64,000 nucleotides of DNA, taken from the NCBI GenBank assembly GCA_902625365.1, contig CACOAX010000001.1, forward strand, positions 173,329-237,328, in the 5' to 3' direction. The translations under genes and the position numbers were made by a program. Every line of letters begins with the position of its first letter. Position 1 is the first letter of the stretch. Below are positions 60,481 through 64,000 of this stretch, one piece after another. Origin of the DNA: an uncultured Alphaproteobacteria bacterium. Lineage in GTDB: Bacteria; Pseudomonadota; Alphaproteobacteria; HIMB59; GCA-002718135. A model generated the notes under the pieces. That model saw nothing but the letters and a program-made list of their open reading frames with translations. It was not told where the DNA came from and did not search any database.

Positions 60481-62436
60481 ATGTTGTACGATGTAGTAGT
60501 AACAAGACCTTTCGACAAAGTTTTCACTTATTCTTCAACAAATGAGCAACTTGAAATCGGTCAAGTAGTCTTAGTTCCATTTGGAAAAAAAATAGAAGCT
60601 GGAATTATTTGGAAGAAGAATGTTAAAAATCCTGGATACGAAATTAAAGAGGTTACAAAAATTTGTAATGATCTTATCCTTCAGAATTCTTCAATCGATT
60701 TTATAAATTGGATCGCAAGTTATACTTTAGCTCCACTAGGAGCAGTTTTAAAATTATTTCTTATTAATAATGATATAGTTGAATTTGATAAAGAAAAATT
60801 AGATAGTTTCAATAACACCAAACCCTCTTTAGTGACCTTGAGTGAAGAGCAGGCAAATTCATTCAAAGAAATTACCCAATCATTTAATAAATCAAATAAA
60901 CCTGTTTTATTAGAAGGTGTAACAGGCTCTGGTAAAACTGAAGTATATTTTGAAATAATAGATAAATTTTTAAAAGAAAAAAAACAAATATTAATAATGG
61001 TTCCAGAAATTAGCTTAACACCGCAATTAGAGACAAGAGTAAAGAAGCGTTTTGGAATGGAAGTGTGTTTGTGGCATTCTAAAATTACAAAAAAAAATAG
61101 GCAAAAAATTTGGCATAAATGTTTTGCTGGAGATCCAGTCATTGTTATTGGAGCTCGTTCAAGTTTGTTTCTTCCTTTTACAAACTTAAGATTAATTGTT
61201 GTCGATGAAGAACATGATTCTAGTTATAAACAAGAGGACAATATACGTTACCAAGCAAGAGATCTTGCAGTTGTAAGAGCTAAAATTGAAAAAAATTTTA
61301 TATTATTAGCTTCAGCAACGCCGTCTTTAGAAACAATAAATAATGTTAAAATTAAAAAATATGATCAAGTCTATTTATCAAAACAATTTTCTGGAACTCC
61401 ATTACCTGAAATTTCTATAATTGATTTAAATAAAAATAAACTTGATAAAGATAAATGGATATCACAATCGATTATAGATTCTATTTCTCAGTGCTTAGAA
61501 AATAAGGAACAAACTCTTATTTTTTTAAATCGTAGAGGATATTCTCCATTAACCTTATGTAACAGTTGTGGATTTAGATATGAATGTGATCAATGTTCAT
61601 CATGGATGGTTATGCATCAACACAAAAAAGTTTTCTTATGCCATCAATGTGGAACTATAAAAAAATTAAATTTAGATTGTCCTCAATGTAATGAAAAAGA
61701 TAGTATAAAATTTGTTGGTCCTGGAGTTGAGAGAGTTGCAGAGGAACTAAAAGAATTCTTTCCTGGAAAAAATATTTCCATAATGTCTAGCGACAACGTT
61801 AACACACCAAACAAAATTAAAAAATTTATTACTGATATAAACAACAAAGATATAGATATAATTGTAGCTACACAAATTATGGCAAAAGGATATGATTTTC
61901 CAAATTTGTCATTAGTAGGAATAGTTGATGCGGACGCAGGTTTATTTGGTGGTGATCCTAGAGCTATAGAAAAAACTTTTAACCTACTTCAGCAAGTTGG
62001 AGGAAGAGCTGGTAGAGGAAAAAAAATTGGTAAAGTTTTTCTTCAAACATATTTCCCAGATCAACAAATAATTAAGTCGATTCAACTTCGAGAAAGAGAA
62101 GCTTTTATTGAAAGAGCTTTAGAAGAGAGAAAGAATTTTAATATTCCTCCTTTTGGTTTTATGACTTCAATAATTCTTTCAAGTCATACAAAGGCTTTAG
62201 TTCTTAAACAAGCTATAAGACTGGCTCAACAAGATCAAAATAGTGAAAATATTAAAATTCTAGGTCCAGTTGAAGCTCCAATTTTTTTGCTTAGAGGACA
62301 ATATCGATACAGAATATTATTGAAGAGCAATAGTAGAAAAAATTTGAATAAATTCACAAAAAAAATTGTCGAAAAGACCAAATTACCTTCTTCTGTAAAG
62401 TTAATTATTGATGTTGATCCCTACTCATTTATGTAA
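60481..62436 (+). CDS. priA: primosomal replication protein N' (PriA helicase)
   Basis: GVTGSGKTEVY, VVDEEHD, Cys-rich zinc-binding insertion CNSCG...CDQC...CHQCG...CPQC. ATG 60481 preferred over the TTG at 60421. Confidence 0.95.
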   Translation: MLYDVVVTRPFDKVFTYSSTNEQLEIGQVVLVPFGKKIEAGIIWKKNVKNPGYEIKEVTKICNDLILQNSSIDFINWIASYTLAPLGAVLKLFLINNDIVEFDKEKLDSFNNTKPSLVTLSEEQANSFKEITQSFNKSNKPVLLEGVTGSGKTEVYFEIIDKFLKEKKQILIMVPEISLTPQLETRVKKRFGMEVCLWHSKITKKNRQKIWHKCFAGDPVIVIGARSSLFLPFTNLRLIVVDEEHDSSYKQEDNIRYQARDLAVVRAKIEKNFILLASATPSLETINNVKIKKYDQVYLSKQFSGTPLPEISIIDLNKNKLDKDKWISQSIIDSISQCLENKEQTLIFLNRRGYSPLTLCNSCGFRYECDQCSSWMVMHQHKKVFLCHQCGTIKKLNLDCPQCNEKDSIKFVGPGVERVAEELKEFFPGKNISIMSSDNVNTPNKIKKFITDINNKDIDIIVATQIMAKGYDFPNLSLVGIVDADAGLFGGDPRAIEKTFNLLQQVGGRAGRGKKIGKVFLQTYFPDQQIIKSIQLREREAFIERALEERKNFNIPPFGFMTSIILSSHTKALVLKQAIRLAQQDQNSENIKILGPVEAPIFLLRGQYRYRILLKSNSRKNLNKFTKKIVEKTKLPSSVKLIIDVDPYSFM

Positions 62437-62554
62437 TTTACCCACAATTTTAAAAATATCTTCGATTTAACTCATTTGACGCACAAACTGACAGTTTACC
62501 TACTTTTTCTGATGTGTTAATAGCCTATTTCTAAACTTCATATGAACTTAATTT

Positions 62555-63112
62555 ATGACATCTAATACATTATCTGGAGATCTTATATCGGAAAGGTACG
62601 GAGCAGCTCTCTATGATCTTGCTTCTGAAAAAAATTGCATTGATGATATTTTAAAAGATTTTGAATTAGTGAATAAAGCATTGAAAGAAAGTTCAGAATT
62701 GAGACAAGTAATTAAAAGCCCATTAGTAAATTCAGATGAGAAACTTAATATTTTATTAAAATTATTTTCTGAAGCAAATTTACATAATCTTACGACAACT
62801 TTTTTAAAAGTTCTTGATAACAATAAAAGAATTTCAAATATCGCTTCTATTATTTTACAATTTAAAAAAATAAACTCTGAAAAAAGAGGTGATATTACTG
62901 CTGACGTAACATCAGCAAACATATTATCTGATGATGAAAAAAATAATATTACAAATCAACTTAAAAAATCTTTAGGTGAAAAATTATCTTTAAATTTTGA
63001 TGTTGATGAAGAAATTATTGGTGGTTTAATTGTTAAGGTTGGTTCCAAAATGATTGATACATCTATAGCGAATAAAATTAATAAACTTAAAATTGCAATG
63101 AAGGGGGCATAA
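62555..63112 (+). CDS. atpH: ATP synthase F1 delta (OSCP) subunit
   Basis: 185 aa; [14 protein letters not shown]-terminus; immediately upstream of atpA. Confidence 0.92.
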   Translation: MTSNTLSGDLISERYGAALYDLASEKNCIDDILKDFELVNKALKESSELRQVIKSPLVNSDEKLNILLKLFSEANLHNLTTTFLKVLDNNKRISNIASIILQFKKINSEKRGDITADVTSANILSDDEKNNITNQLKKSLGEKLSLNFDVDEEIIGGLIVKVGSKMIDTSIANKINKLKIAMKGA

Positions 63113-64000
63113 TGGAAATTAAAGCTGCAGAAATATCGTCTGTAATTAAAGACCAAATAGCTAATTTTGAAACTAAAGCAGATGTTGCTGAGGTTGGAAC
63201 AGTATTAAGCGTTGGAGATGGAATTGCACGTGTATATGGTCTTGATCAAGTACAAGCTGGAGAGATGGTAGAATTCCCAGGTGGCATTAAAGGTATGGCC
63301 CTCAACCTTGAAATGGATAACGTTGGTGTTTCAATCTTCGGTGATGATACTGGAATTAAAGAAGGTGACACAGTTAAACGTACAGGAGAAATTGTTGACG
63401 TTCCTGTTGGAAAAGAATTGTTAGGACGTGTTGTTGATGGTTTAGGAAATCCGATTGATGGTAAAGGTCCTATTCAATCTTCTGAAAAGAGAAGAATTGA
63501 ATTAAAAGCCCCAGGTATTATTCCTCGTCAAAGTGTATCTGAACCTATGCAAACAGGTATTAAAGCACTTGATGCTCTTGTTCCAGTTGGAAGAGGACAG
63601 CGTGAATTAATAATTGGTGACAGACAAACAGGTAAAACTGCTGTTGCTATTGATACAATCTTAAATCAAAAATCTGTAAATCAATCAGACAATGAAAAAG
63701 AAAAGTTATATTGTATCTATGTTGCAATTGGTCAGAAAAGATCAACAGTAGCCCAAATTGTAAAAACGCTAGAAGATAATGGTGCAATGGAATATACAAT
63801 TGTTGTATCTGCAACTGCATCAGAGCCTGCACCGTTGCAATTTTTATCTGCTTATACTGGCTGTACAATGGGTGAGTATTTTAGAGATAATGGTATGCAT
63901 GCATTAATTGTTTATGATGATTTATCAAAGCAAGCTGTTGCTTACAGACAGATGTCTCTTTTATTAAGAAGACCTCCTGGACGCGAAGCATATCCCGGAG
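63112..64000 (+). CDS. atpA: ATP synthase F1 alpha subunit (N-terminal part; continues past window end)
   Basis: Open-ended, so absent from the ORF track. Manual translation gives [19 protein letters not shown]...[15 protein letters not shown]...[14 protein letters not shown]. Its ATG overlaps the atpH stop (TAATG). Confidence 0.97.
   Translation, partial: MEIKAAEISSVIKDQIANFETKADVAEVGTVLSVGDGIARVYGLDQVQAGEMVEFPGGIKGMALNLEMDNVGVSIFGDDTGIKEGDTVKRTGEIVDVPVGKELLGRVVDGLGNPIDGKGPIQSSEKRRIELKAPGIIPRQSVSEPMQTGIKALDALVPVGRGQRELIIGDRQTGKTAVAIDTILNQKSVNQSDNEKEKLYCIYVAIGQKRSTVAQIVKTLEDNGAMEYTIVVSATASEPAPLQFLSAYTGCTMGEYFRDNGMHALIVYDDLSKQAVAYRQMSLLLRRPPGREAYPG

Noticed and set aside
62438-62446. TTACCCACA, one mismatch from the DnaA box TTATCCACA, between priA and atpH.
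   Set aside because: It is a single imperfect box with no cluster, no adjacent AT-rich unwinding element distinguishable from background, and no dnaA/hemE-type origin neighbours.

Overview
This window is very AT-rich and extremely gene-dense: most neighbouring genes are under 50 nt apart or overlap by 1-23 nt. Gene content and order look like core chromosome of a streamlined marine alphaproteobacterium of the SAR11/Pelagibacterales type. That is an inference from composition plus alphaproteobacterial markers (GcrA, FdxA-CarD/CdnL, RpoH, dapF-mtaB-ftsY-yciB, SUV3-like helicase). I call about 70 CDS, one tRNA, a few intrinsic terminators, one coding tandem repeat and three candidate RNA structures. 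The main blocks, in order:
- 1-4250: ECF sigma factor (partial), argG, folD, yggT.
- 4348-5181: an orphan amino-acid-binding protein.
- 5259-10588: a contiguous ccmABCDEFGH cytochrome c maturation operon on the minus strand.
- 10718-10894: a tiny lysine-rich repeat protein.
- 11195-19413: acnA, SUV3-like helicase, TerB-like protein, fdxA, carD, degenerate phosphoesterase, rpoH.
- 19445-32551: housekeeping genes (dusA, carbonic anhydrase, panB, dxs, M29 aminopeptidase, MFS transporter, gcrA, pgk, yciB-ftsY-mtaB-dapF).
- 32749-40583: a co-directional ffh-rpsP-rimM-trmD-rplS-leuCDB-asd array closed by a convergent tRNA-Arg.
- 45610-57553: a 12-kb TCA-cycle array, sdhCDAB-mdh-sucCD-sucAB-lpdA.
- 57550-64000: DUF1737, a secreted HExxH protein, DUF484, tal, priA, atpH and the start of atpA.
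I saw no rRNA, CRISPR array, transposase, integrase, phage gene or defence-island signature, and I do not see a convincing novel multi-gene system. The items most worth a second look are:
- a relatively GC-rich multi-hairpin element of about 137 nt in an unusually long spacer upstream of sdhC (45278-45414);
- the (AAPKKKKK)n protein with its structured leader and tandem terminators;
- a phosphoesterase homolog with its metal-ligand motifs substituted;
- a secreted two-domain HExxH protein;
- small translationally coupled ORFs missing from the ORF track.
All family assignments rest on motifs I recognised by eye, not on searches.
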